64,000 nt of DNA. Source: Octopus sinensis (taxonomy: Eukaryota). Positions 53,430 to 64,000 of the stretch are shown one piece after another. Each line of letters starts with the position of its first letter. Position 1 is the stretch's first letter. The notes below the pieces were generated by a model that made no database searches, had not been told where the DNA came from, and saw nothing but the letters and a program-made list of their open reading frames with translations. The position numbers were made by a program, and so were the translations under genes. The DNA lies in the NCBI RefSeq assembly GCF_006345805.1, contig NC_043003.1, positions 101,184,001-101,248,000 on the forward strand, given 5' to 3'.

Positions 53430-53772
53430 TTTTTTTCTTTTATTTGTTTCAAACATTTGACTGTGGCCATGCTGGAGCACTGCCATTAGTCAAACAAATC
53501 AACCCCAGGGTTTATTCTTTGTAAGTTACAGGGACGTAAACACACCAGCATCAGTTGTCAAGTGATGGTGGAGGACACACACAGACACACAACCATATAA
53601 CCATATCCACACAAACACACACAACAGGCCTCTTTCAGTTTCAGTTTATCAAATCCACTACAAGGTTTTGGTTGGCCCAAGGCTATAGTAGAAGACACTT
53701 ACCCAAGGTGCCATGCAATGAGACTGAACCCGGAACCATGTGGTTGGTAAACAAGCTACTTAATACACAGCC
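53430..53772 (-). mobile_element. Near full-length tRNA-derived octopus SINE
   Basis: Reverse complement of TGGCTGTGT..TAAGTAGCTTG...GGTTCCGGGTTCAGTC... with the GCTCCAGCATGGCCACAGTCAAATG tail. Confidence 0.88.
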
Positions 53773-54968
53773 ATTTATTTATATATATAAATTTAATTTA
53801 TCATTTTTTTCAAGTTTACCATGTTTTTATTTTTTATTTACTAGTATTTGATTAATTTGAAGTATCAAAAATTCTGTAGTAAGTGTGTTTCTGTGTATTA
53901 ATGCATGCATGGGAATTTATTTCATTTAGTTAACAACTAAATGAAATAAATTTCATTTCTTAGTTTTCTTCAAAGACAGTTTCAGTATTTCATCCTGTTT
54001 TACCTTTATGATACACCTACTTCTTTCTAGTTTCCTTTATAGTACACCTGTCTTATGAGTATTAAGTTCAACTAATAGAAAATCTAGTATTCTGCACAAT
54101 TCTTCTCTATTAAAATTTTATTGTATATTCATTGAATATTAGCTAATAACTAATTTTCTATACTGATGTATTAACAAACTTTAAATAATGTTGTATTTTG
54201 TTGAATTTATCTGTAATTAAATTTGCTTTGAGACAAAAATTATGAAATAGATTTGATTGAAAACATTTTGTTAAATATGTTCCCAAAATTACATATGTTG
54301 ATAAATAAAAAAGTTAGAACTGTTTTATAAAACTGGTCTAAATTCATGATTATTTGAGAATTTAATTGAAACACATAAAGGGTGTATTTTGGTTAGAAAT
54401 ATAATAACAAAAGGGATAAATTTTCCAAAATATTTTTCCTTAATGAACTTTCTAAAGTCACATAACACATAAGACATTACAGAAAAATTTCTGTAGTGCT
54501 GAAACTTTCAAAATTATTCCTTCTTTAAAAATAGAGTGTAGCATTAGAAGACAGATACATAATTGAAAAATTCAAACCAAAGTTAAATGGAAATTATTAT
54601 TATTAGAACTTATAGCTGCATTTATCAACTTGCTTAATTATTTCAACATTTTATTCAGTACTATTAAAGTATACACATACATATATTCACTGTTGTAATT
54701 TCAGTTGTCTAAAACCATTTTTTATTATGAAATTATAACTTTGTTTCAAAGTATAAAAATAAAATCACTATGAGGATGACAGTCCTTTGTAGAAAAAGAC
54801 AGTGAAAATAGATTCTATAGGTTCTCTCTGATCAGCTCAGAGCTTTGGCATTATTTGATAGTTTATGGTAATAATTAGTGAATTAATAAAAACAGCGAAA
54901 AGCTTTATTAATTTGATTGCTGAATATTCTTCCAGTTTTATGAAAATTAAACTTGGTAAGAAACTTAC

Positions 54969-55094
54969 CCCATTTCCTTGTGATTTTACTACTCTACCCT
55001 GACCAGGAGTATTGTCAGAATTATGGGATGGATAATCATTGTCGAACTGCCAAGTCAATTCATTTTCTTGACTATTGCACAGTTGATGAATATC
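54969..55094 (-). CDS. Probable coding exon (126 bp, phase 0-0), likely an upstream exon of the same vasculin gene
   Basis: Acceptor tttttacattcAG, donor GTaagt; open peptide DIHQLCNSQENELTWQFDNDYPSHNSDNTPGQGRVVKSQGNG; same strand and phase as 30485-30682; no recognisable motif. Confidence 0.55.
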
Positions 55095-55691
55095 CTGAAT
55101 GTAAAAATTAAAAATGGGGGTGATGAGAATATTACAAAAATACTTTAAATGCTTGAAATAAAATGACTGAAAAAAAGTCAAATATAATAACCAGAGAGAA
55201 TACTAACACAGCTATTTCAAACATGTGTGGTTTTAAATTTACTTTTTTATTATTGTTTATAGTAAATATTTACCAAAAGTCTTTCTTCATTCACAAATTT
55301 TAATATTATTAACCATAAAGGAAAAATGAATATAACAGCAATAAATTTTAATAACCTATAAGGCTACCAAAATCCTATGACATCTGTTCAAAATATAAAT
55401 CAAATTCCTTGCCTAACATACCAAAGAAAATATTAAAGCAGTTGGATGTTTTTCTTTTTTTTTAATATAGTTACTTTTGGAAGTAAATGAAAATAGCAAC
55501 AATTTTCAGACCAATGAAAAATATTTCTCCTACTGTCATGAACAAATGGATGAAAGTAATTCAAATCAGTTCTGACTCCTTATAAAAAATGATATGTTAT
55601 CTCCATACAAGGAGATATTTTAAGTTAATAAAAACTAAAGAGGAATGCCATGAGTGTATCTTACAGAATATTCCATCAGAACTTGGAGTAT

Positions 55692-57930
55692 TATCTTCAT
55701 TTAACATCCCCTTTCCATGCTGGTATGGGTTGGATGATTAGACTAAGTACTGGTGAGCTGGGAGGTTGCACCAAGGTTCAATCTGATTTGGCAAGGTTTC
55801 TACAGCTGGATGCCCTTCCTAACGCCAACCACTCCAAGAGTGTAGAGGGTGCTTTTTACATGCCACTGGCATGTGAGCCAGCCAGGCAGCACTGGCATTG
55901 ACCACGCTCAAATGGTGCTTTGCACATGCCAGTGGCACGAGTGCTAGTCAAGTGGAAGTGGCATCAACCATGCTCAAATGGTGTCTTTTATGTACCACTA
56001 GCACAGGTAGCAGGCAGGTAGCACTGGCATCGGCCAACCTCGAATGATGCTTTTCACATTCCACCAGCATGGGTGTCAGTCAAGTGGCACTGGCATTGGC
56101 CACACTCAAATGGTATATGTTACTTTCCACCAGCACAGGTGCCAGTTAGGTGCCATTAGCATTGGTCATGACTACGATTTCATTCAGTTTATCAGGTCTT
56201 CACAGGCATGCCATATCGCCAACAATTGACGGCTGCTTCTAAATGGACCAGTTATGTGACACTGGCATCAGTTACGACTACAATCTCACTTGGCTTGCCA
56301 GGTCTTCTCAAGCACAGCATATCTCCAAAGATCTCGATCATCTGTCATTGCCTCAGTGAGGCCCAACATTTGAAGGTCATGCTTCACCACCTCATCTCAT
56401 GTCTTCCTGGGTCTGCCTCTTCCACAGGTTCCCACCACTGTTAGAGTGTGACACTTCTTCACACAGCTGTCCTCATCCATACACATCACATCAGCCTCTC
56501 TTGCACACCACGTCTGATGCTTCTTATGTCCAACTTTTCTCTCAGAGTGCTCACACTGTTGTGTATGCACACTGACATTATACAGCCAATGGAGCATACG
56601 AGCTTCATTTCTTTCAAGCCTAGGCATGTCCTCAGCAGTCACAGCCCATGTTTCACTACCGTGTAGCGTGACTGTTCAGACACAGGCACCATACAGTCTA
56701 CCTTTCAGTCTGAACGAGAGGCTCTTTGTTACCAGCAGAGATAGGAGCTCTCTGAACTTTGCCCATGCTATTCTTATTCTAGCAGCTACACTCTTAGAAC
56801 ATCCACCCCAGCTACTGACTTGGTCACCTAGGTAACGGAAGCTATCAATTACTTCTAGTTTTTCCCTCTGGCATATGATAGAACCTGTTTTCTGTACATT
56901 TTTTATGTTTATTGCACCTGTGCATCTCCCACACACAAAAACTATCTTCCCAGCTAACCTTCTTTTGTAATTGTTGCACGTCTCATGTGTCTATAGCTTA
57001 CACCAAATACATCTTATGGAATTTCTACTTATGCCTTTTCTACAGATCAAGTAGTGCCATCTACATGAAGAGATTTGTGATTTGTCCACCTTCCTGGTTA
57101 CTAAGACTTTGGTTTTTACTAGATTAATTCTAAGGCCCTTCAATTCTAGACCTTGCGTTCTACACTTGGAACTTCTCTAGTTCTGGTAGTGACTCAACAA
57201 TTAGAGCAAGGTCATCAGCATAGAGGAGCTCCCTAGGGCAGCCTGTCTTGAATTCCTCTGTTATGATGAATAAGAGGGGGCTGAAGACTGATCCTTAATG
57301 AACCCCTACTTGTACCCTGAATTCTTCACTATACTTACTGCCAACCCTCACCTTACTGACAGCATCCCTGTACATAGCTTGTACAGCTCTCACCAACCAT
57401 TCAGCTATCCGTAGTTTCTGCATTAACCACCAGATAAGGGACCGAAGGACCCTATCAAAGGCTTTCTCCATGTCAACAAAAGCCAAGTGCAGAGGCTTAT
57501 CCTTGGCTAGGAATTTCTCCTGCAGCTGTCTTATCAGAAATATAGTACCAGTGGTTGAAACCTCAGTAATTATTTCTATCTAAGGTGTCACCTTTACTTT
57601 TGTAGCAGTTGACTATGGTGCTGCTACACCAGTCATTGGGTATGACTCCTTCATGTATCACCTGGTTAACTATAAGGTGACTAGACTATAGCCTACACTG
57701 CTAGATATTTTAAGCATCTCAGCAGTGATTCCTGATGGACTGGGGGCTTTCCTTGTCTTTATACCCTTAATTGCTTTATCTACCAAGATAGTCAATTCAG
57801 ATAGCTAGTTTCTCTGCTGGGTCAACATTTGGCAGACTCTCTTTTTCCCATTCATTCTCTTTATTTAGCAACCTTTCATAGTGGCGTCTCCAAGTCTCTC
57901 TCTTTGCAGTATCATTAAATGCAAATATGA
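55692..57930 (-). mobile_element. RTE LINE copy 4 (older, 5'-truncated), with PHD region and 3' UTR subrepeats
   Basis: AFVDMEKAFDRV, YADD, FRYLGD, WAKFRELL and CGRGRPRKT motifs; subrepeats at about 55850-56180; tail near 55700. Confidence 0.9.
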
Positions 57931-58570
57931 ACCGAGTATTTCAGCAATTGGAAAGAAAAGGTAGGAAATATTGGTGAAAATGAAAGAAGGATTTCAGTAA
58001 AGTGCAGAATAAAGGATTTTGGTGAAGAGTTGAATAATGTGTAAACTATACCCAGAGTAAGAGCTGACTAAGAAGATATTTAAAACAAACTGATGATGAG
58101 AATAATAATGATAATTATGCAGATGAAGAGAATAGTTAAATGCTGGTGACAAACTACCCAATGATAAATGATGATTAAACTCTGCTCATTCTATAAAAGA
58201 TATTTAATTTCTTTCTTGTAGAATATAAAAGCTGAGTCCTAATGTAATCAGTAGGAAATGTTGAAAGAAAGATTGAATCTACCATGCTAACACACAAACA
58301 ATATGTACAAGTGAAAGCTGAATTCTGAAAGCAATCCGAAACTCTTCTTCCTTCAAGCAGATTTTGCAATCAAATAAGTGTAACTTTGTATTCCCCCATC
58401 TGGGTGTTTGGAATTACTATGGATATGTCACTTAGGATTGCATGTTAGAATCCAAAACAGCAATGCATTGTGAGGTCCCAATGAAGACATAAGGCAAGTC
58501 TACAAATCACAACGCAGACACTGAGGACAGTGTCAAAGCCCTGAGAAGTTACCAGTAGCAACAAACTCAA

Positions 58571-58625
<55 letters not shown>

Positions 58626-59108
58626 ACTATCTCTCTCTCAAAGCATTACAGAATAAATATTTAAAAGGACAGTAAATATATAAGTGAATTCACTTCTGGA
58701 GTGTCTCACTTTGCCAGATGCATGTGTCTGAGAAAGAAGGGAGTAAAGGTGAAGTTGGAACCCCGGAAGTAGTCAATATTAATGTAGTGGAATATGTGAA
58801 GATCATTATCATCATCAATATGAATAATAGACTTTTTTTAAACTGAATAATGTAATCAATTATATAAATAAGTCATTACAATGTTTTATCAATTAAAATG
58901 TTACAAAAATTGGAGTAAGAAAAACTGGAACAAAGAAAGATCTATCTTGAATACTGAGGTGAGGTTTATTTTGCATTCAAAACTAGATGATAGAGGAAAA
59001 AGTAGTCCAAATTAAAGTAAATTCTGCCAACTTGAGTATTATTTTTTTTTTAAATTCTGTAGTTTACCAGAGGAGAAAAGAGAATGTCACCAAGCTAGGG
59101 AAGAGCAG

Positions 59109-60176
59109 CTGGTATTGACAGGTTTATTAACTTGTCAATACCTTGTATAAAGCTGTCTTCCTCTTCACTGAAGCCCCACTCCATTGAAGGGTCTTGCCTC
59201 GTGAGTTACTGGGTGACTTCACTAGTGCAGGTGCCACAAAAAGTACCCAATATACGATAACTCATTGTCAGTACTGTACATTAAGGTACTGAGTTACCTT
59301 CTGGTTGGTTATCTCATATGAATGTCTGCAGTGGAATGGAATCAGCTGATGGAACCTAAGACTTATAGCAGTCAATGGATTAGTTCTAACATCCATGAAC
59401 TAAACTTCATTACAGTTTCTGCTGACCCAATTTCACTGAAAAAGTTTGGATTGACCTGAGACAATGGTAGAAAACACTCGTCCAGTACCGAAAGCAAAAC
59501 TACCTAATTGTAAAGTAAACTTAATCATATGGTCTTACTCCATTCAACACAAATATACCCTGCTTGATAATGAAATAAATATTGACTTTTAAACAGCATA
59601 TAGAACCATTTTTAAGAATCTGAACAGATCTCAAAATTTCATTTCAATAAAAAAAAACAAATAAAACTGATCACTATAGAAGGTATTGGACTAATTTGTG
59701 ATATTGCTGGTTAAAACAGTATGATATTACTGACCTCAGCTGGAGGGAAATACTTGTAAATATCATCAACAGGATGAGGAGAGTCACTTTCTTGATCCAT
59801 TGAATAGGTTTGGTAATCTATGTCATTTCTTGTAAAAAGACTTTCTGATTTGGCCAGAACAGAATTATCTGAAACAACACACATTCATTACAATAGTCAA
59901 ATGGAGACATTGATTAATACACCCTAACATTCTCACTACCATCTCTTTTCAGTCTTTCTAGCTGGAGTACTCATGTATCTCCTCTACAGCAAAACACTGG
60001 TTCCTATCCCTTTATCATGCTTTATTAACCTGGTATTGACAGGTTTATTAACTTGTCAATACCTTGTATAAAGCTGTCTTCCTCTTCACTGAAGCCCCAC
60101 TCCATTGAAGGGTCTTGCCTCATGAGTTACTGGGTGACTTCACTAGTGCAGGTGCCACAAAAAGTACCCAATATAC
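59109..60176 (+). repeat. 147-bp direct repeat (59109-59255 and 60030-60176)
   Basis: The two copies differ at one position by eye; the second continues into an RTE tail ending (GAT)n near 60323. Confidence 0.92.
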
Positions 60177-61819
60177 TCAGTAAAGTGGTTGGCATGAGGA
60201 AGGGCATCAAGCCATAGAGACTATGCCAAAGTCAACAAAGCTCTAGAAAGACCTTCATCAGATCCTGTTGAACTATCCAACCCATGACAAGTAGAGAAGA
60301 TGGCTGCTAAATGATGATGATGAGTAATATATATATTATTATAATATATATAATATTATACAGTAATATATACCTATAATATCATAAAGTAATGTATACA
60401 TATAAGTAATATTATACAACAAAAAATAATTATTGTTTTAAAAGTGAGACACATTTATCTTTATACAGGAAATGTAGAGTAGGAAAAAAGTTCTTGGGGA
60501 ATTGAATCAAGATCATGCCTGGTTTTATCTTCAACATTTCCTTTCATTTCTTTTGTTTTGGACTGTGGTCATTTACATCAAACTGTTGTACATATATTTA
60601 CGAACTGGTAATTGTTTAATGACTTCAGAAAGACAAAACAGACCTGAACAGAATTTGAACTGAGAACACAGGATCATAGTCAACTATTACAAGGTATTTT
60701 CTTTAATGCTCTAACAATTCTGCTATTAACAAAACTCAATTTACAAAGTAAAAAGATTTTCTTCACAGTGTTGCAACTACTAAACTGTGGTAATCAGGTG
60801 CAATGTAATGTTGATCCAGGTTAAGAAAAAAAAATATTTGGTAGTCAATGACTGTAAGGCATTGAAGAAAGTCCCATATGGCATTTAGTAACAGCCATTT
60901 AAGTTCAAGTCCTACCTAGGTCAGCTTTACTTTTAATTCTTTCAAAGTCATTTAAAATGTGTGCAAATCAATGAACTATACCCCACTGGGGGTGGTATAC
61001 CATTATGGTTATATTTCTTTGAGTGAAACTAGTAAAAAAATAACATTAAACTAAAACATCACTTCAAAGTTTTTACCTATTCCAGTCTATTTAACTGACC
61101 ATAGGTAAGAAACAGTATTATTACTTCACAGTTCAGTAGTTAGCACTAAGCATAAACCATAGCAAAACAATGGTAAAGCAATGACAAACCAATTAAACAT
61201 CTCCAATTAAAGAATCATCACATCTATAGTAATTTAGAAAAAATGATTTTCCAAAAATAGTTATATAAAAGAAAGTTTGCCCGCTTTGTGGAAAACCTGA
61301 AGATACTTACCCCAAACACTATTGCCATTTGAAGTCATGTAACCACTTGGATCATAAATATCATCTCTTTCATGGAGAAAAGGCTATAAAATTAAACAAA
61401 TATATATGAATAGATACAAATACATACACTATAATACAGTAATTTCCCTTTGTATAACGATATTTTTTCATAGCGTTTTTCAGATGGCCAGATAACCGAA
61501 GAGATGGTGTTGTGGATTTCCCACTTTGGCATCTGAAATTCAGAGTTTTATCTTGACTATTGAGTAATTGTAACATATTATTTTACAGATAAATTTCCTC
61601 TATTTACATAATATTGAGGTTTCTTTCTTTCTTTTGTTATCTTACTGTTTTTACCAATATATATATATATATATATATATAGGGAGATGTACTCGCATAG
61701 CAAGTAATTTGATCTGAGATCGTGCGCTGAAACGAAAACAATTGCAGCATGGAAGGTGTTTATAAGCCATTTAAGAAACACACAAAAGCCGTTCGATTCA
61801 CTTCAACATTTAAGTTTAA

Positions 61820-61869
61820 TTTGTCAAAATATTTTCGTCGCTAAAATCTGCGACCTGTTCACTGACAAA
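61820..61869 (-). ncRNA. Minimal hammerhead motif with a G3-C8 core swap
   Basis: Minus strand: TTTGTCA-GTGAACA-g-GTCGC agatttta GCGAC-GAAA-ATAT-TT-TGACAAA; 7-bp stem I, 5-bp stem II, palindromic stem III. Confidence 0.8.
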
Positions 61870-62838
61870 GATCCGTGCTGCATCTGAGAAAGTAACAGTT
61901 AGTTCGTCATATATATGTACGTATGTATGTGTGTATGTATGCATACATGTGTGTATGTATGCATACATGTGTGTATGTATGCATACATGTGTGTATGTAT
62001 GTACGTATGCATGTACGTACATACGCCTGTGTATGCATGTATGTATGTATGTATGTATATATGTATGTGTGTGTATATACACGCACATACACTCTATAAA
62101 CATAAAGCTATAAACCTGTAGCGATGGATAGATGTAGAGTGACCACTCATCACAATAATATCAAATTTCAATCCCCTCCCCCCCCGGCCCGAAGCCTGGA
62201 ACTGATTTACGACCCTTACTCCCAAAACTATACCCTAAAACCTATTATCAGATATTTATCTCTATATCACAGAACTTTTGTTTTACTATTGTGCGTATGT
62301 ATGTATGTATGTGCGTATGTATGTATGTATGTGTTTATGTACATACGTACGCATGTGCATATATATGTATACGCGCACGTATGCATGTGCCCATGTATGT
62401 GTGTGCGTACATGTACGTGCGTATGTACGTGTGTATGCCCATAGGTATGTATGTATGTTTGTACTCATGTGCTACGTATGTATGAGAGTGTCTAGGAGAA
62501 TGGGCAGACGTTTCTGTGAGAGTGCATACATGTGTATGTGTATGTGAACGTATGTCCGTGTACTGGCATGTGTCCGTCCAAGTTGTGTACATGACTGTTA
62601 CTTTGTTGAAGGTTGTATACATATTCACATATATGTTTGTATAGACGCACACACATATATATATGTGTGGGTGTGTGTTTGTTCCTCTCATCACTGTCTA
62701 ACTGTGAATGGATACAACGCCTAAGTGCAACTGTACGTATCAAACAACGTACGCTCATACTGTTATATATAACTGCACATACGCATTGCAACCTGTATGT
62801 AAGGACTACAAGTAAACGAGAGAGAGAGAGAGGGGTGG

Positions 62839-63582
62839 TTATAGAATAGTCCTTCTGAATGGGATCTGGATGTTACTCCATTCGGACTTTCGGTTGAGAG
62901 TAGGCTTGTATTCTTGTATACAAACAGCTTCTGTGACCTGTCTCAACATTGCATCGGTAGGATGTGTTGATAGGATGTTCAACTTAAGTTTCCCTAAGGA
63001 TCCCTTGTGGCATTCTACAGCATGTTGGTAGAAGATGGAGTTTGGCTTCCTTTCAATGTAGTTGTCCAGGTGTTCTTTGAACCTATCATTGATGCTTCTA
63101 GAAGTCTCACCTATGTATGACTCTGGGTTAGTCGCACAAGCTCCCTCCTGGCACTTAATCTGGTATACAGTGCCCTTGGTTTTACAATTTACATGTGGAT
63201 TTGTCGAACATACTGCACAATTACTTTGAGAGGTGATTCTATCAAATGGATATGATCTGCATAATGCCGATATGATAGTCCTACCTGTCTTTTCTACAAC
63301 TTTAATTTTTAGGCCCGTAGTGCGCAAGATTTTCTTGAATGCCTTACTTAGCTCGTTCTTAGGTGTGGCGTCAACGAACATTACTCCATGAAATCTCCTG
63401 TTATCGTACCAAGTAACGTTTCTCATCCTTTTGTTGGTGTCCCTCTCTAACCTATTCCAGAACTTGTTGTGGTATAGGGGGCATATACCGTTTTCGTCGT
63501 TCCTTAGAATGCGTTCGAATCTAGCTTTCGCTCTTTTGTACACCCTGACTCTATCGTCTTGTGTGTATCCGGAGCGTTGCAT
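62839..63582 (-). CDS. PLE ORF C-terminal part: zinc-finger-like linker and GIY-YIG endonuclease (Neptune-like)
   Basis: VMFVDATP, CAVC...C, TVYQIKC, SYIGETSRSINDRFKEH, RQVTEAVCIQEYKPTLNRKSEW; the element probably extends to 61682 (pLTR) and beyond 64000. Confidence 0.9.
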   Translation of the reverse strand: MQRSGYTQDDRVRVYKRAKARFERILRNDENGICPLYHNKFWNRLERDTNKRMRNVTWYDNRRFHGVMFVDATPKNELSKAFKKILRTTGLKIKVVEKTGRTIISALCRSYPFDRITSQSNCAVCSTNPHVNCKTKGTVYQIKCQEGACATNPESYIGETSRSINDRFKEHLDNYIERKPNSIFYQHAVECHKGSLGKLKLNILSTHPTDAMLRQVTEAVCIQEYKPTLNRKSEWSNIQIPFRRTIL

Positions 63583-64000
63583 TCGGAATATGTAGTGCTG
63601 GATGTGTTGCCGTTCTTGTGGTTGGCATAGTGATATCCCTATACCCCTCCATCGATGTAGACTTTGCTGTCGATAAATGTATAGAAATAGTTAGTGAGAG
63701 TGGTATGATATTTAAGAATGTGGATGTATATGAACTAGGGCTCTTCCTGGCCCTGACATGTACCAATGAATACCTGTCGCGCAATAACCTTCTATATGCT
63801 TGTCCCACCCGTAACAAACGTGGTAGACCACCTACCATTACCTCAGCATACAGGAAGACTCACTATGAGCGCTGGCAGGGATGGACAAAGCCGGACTACC
63901 CACCTTCAAGTGCACACGACATTAGAACCACCATCGCACATGCTATCGGTGTCAGCCTGAGATTTACGCTAAAAACACATATTTTAAAATTTGACAACAA

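Noticed and set aside
57930-58350. Possible old LINE endonuclease fragment or host exon
   Set aside because: Only faint APE-like words with many stops; cannot be assigned.
61430-61530. Possible further host exon on the minus strand (ctgaatttcAG acceptor)
   Set aside because: No convincing donor and no vasculin motif in any frame.

Overview
This is AT-rich, microsatellite-dense eukaryotic DNA, almost certainly an Octopus genome judging by the SINE and RTE families and the TA/TACA repeat load. Most of the window is transposable-element debris: four long RTE LINE copies carrying an internal PHD finger, two Tx1/L1 copies, a CR1-type fragment, three mariners, a hAT with perfect 8-bp TSDs, Helitron-like pieces, tRNA-SINEs, at least seven Penelope-like (PLE) remnants and a 16 x 356-bp satellite. 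One host gene is recognisable on the minus strand: a vasculin/GPBP1-family exon at 30485-30682, plus a probable upstream exon at 54969-55094. The main result is eleven type I hammerhead ribozyme (HHR) motifs read by eye, from about seven sequence families. Seven of them sit near the outer ends of four fold-back (inverted-repeat) elements that point outward and abut (TA)n tracts. The largest is a 3.5-kb near-perfect palindrome capped by a compact HHR at each end. Core variants include a compensated G3-C8 swap (61820-61869) and an A9C variant present in both arms of one element. PLE-associated minimal hammerheads are a known phenomenon; I cannot confirm whether these octopus families, variants or the non-coding HHR-capped fold-backs are undescribed. 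Most ORFs in the supplied track are microsatellite artefacts.
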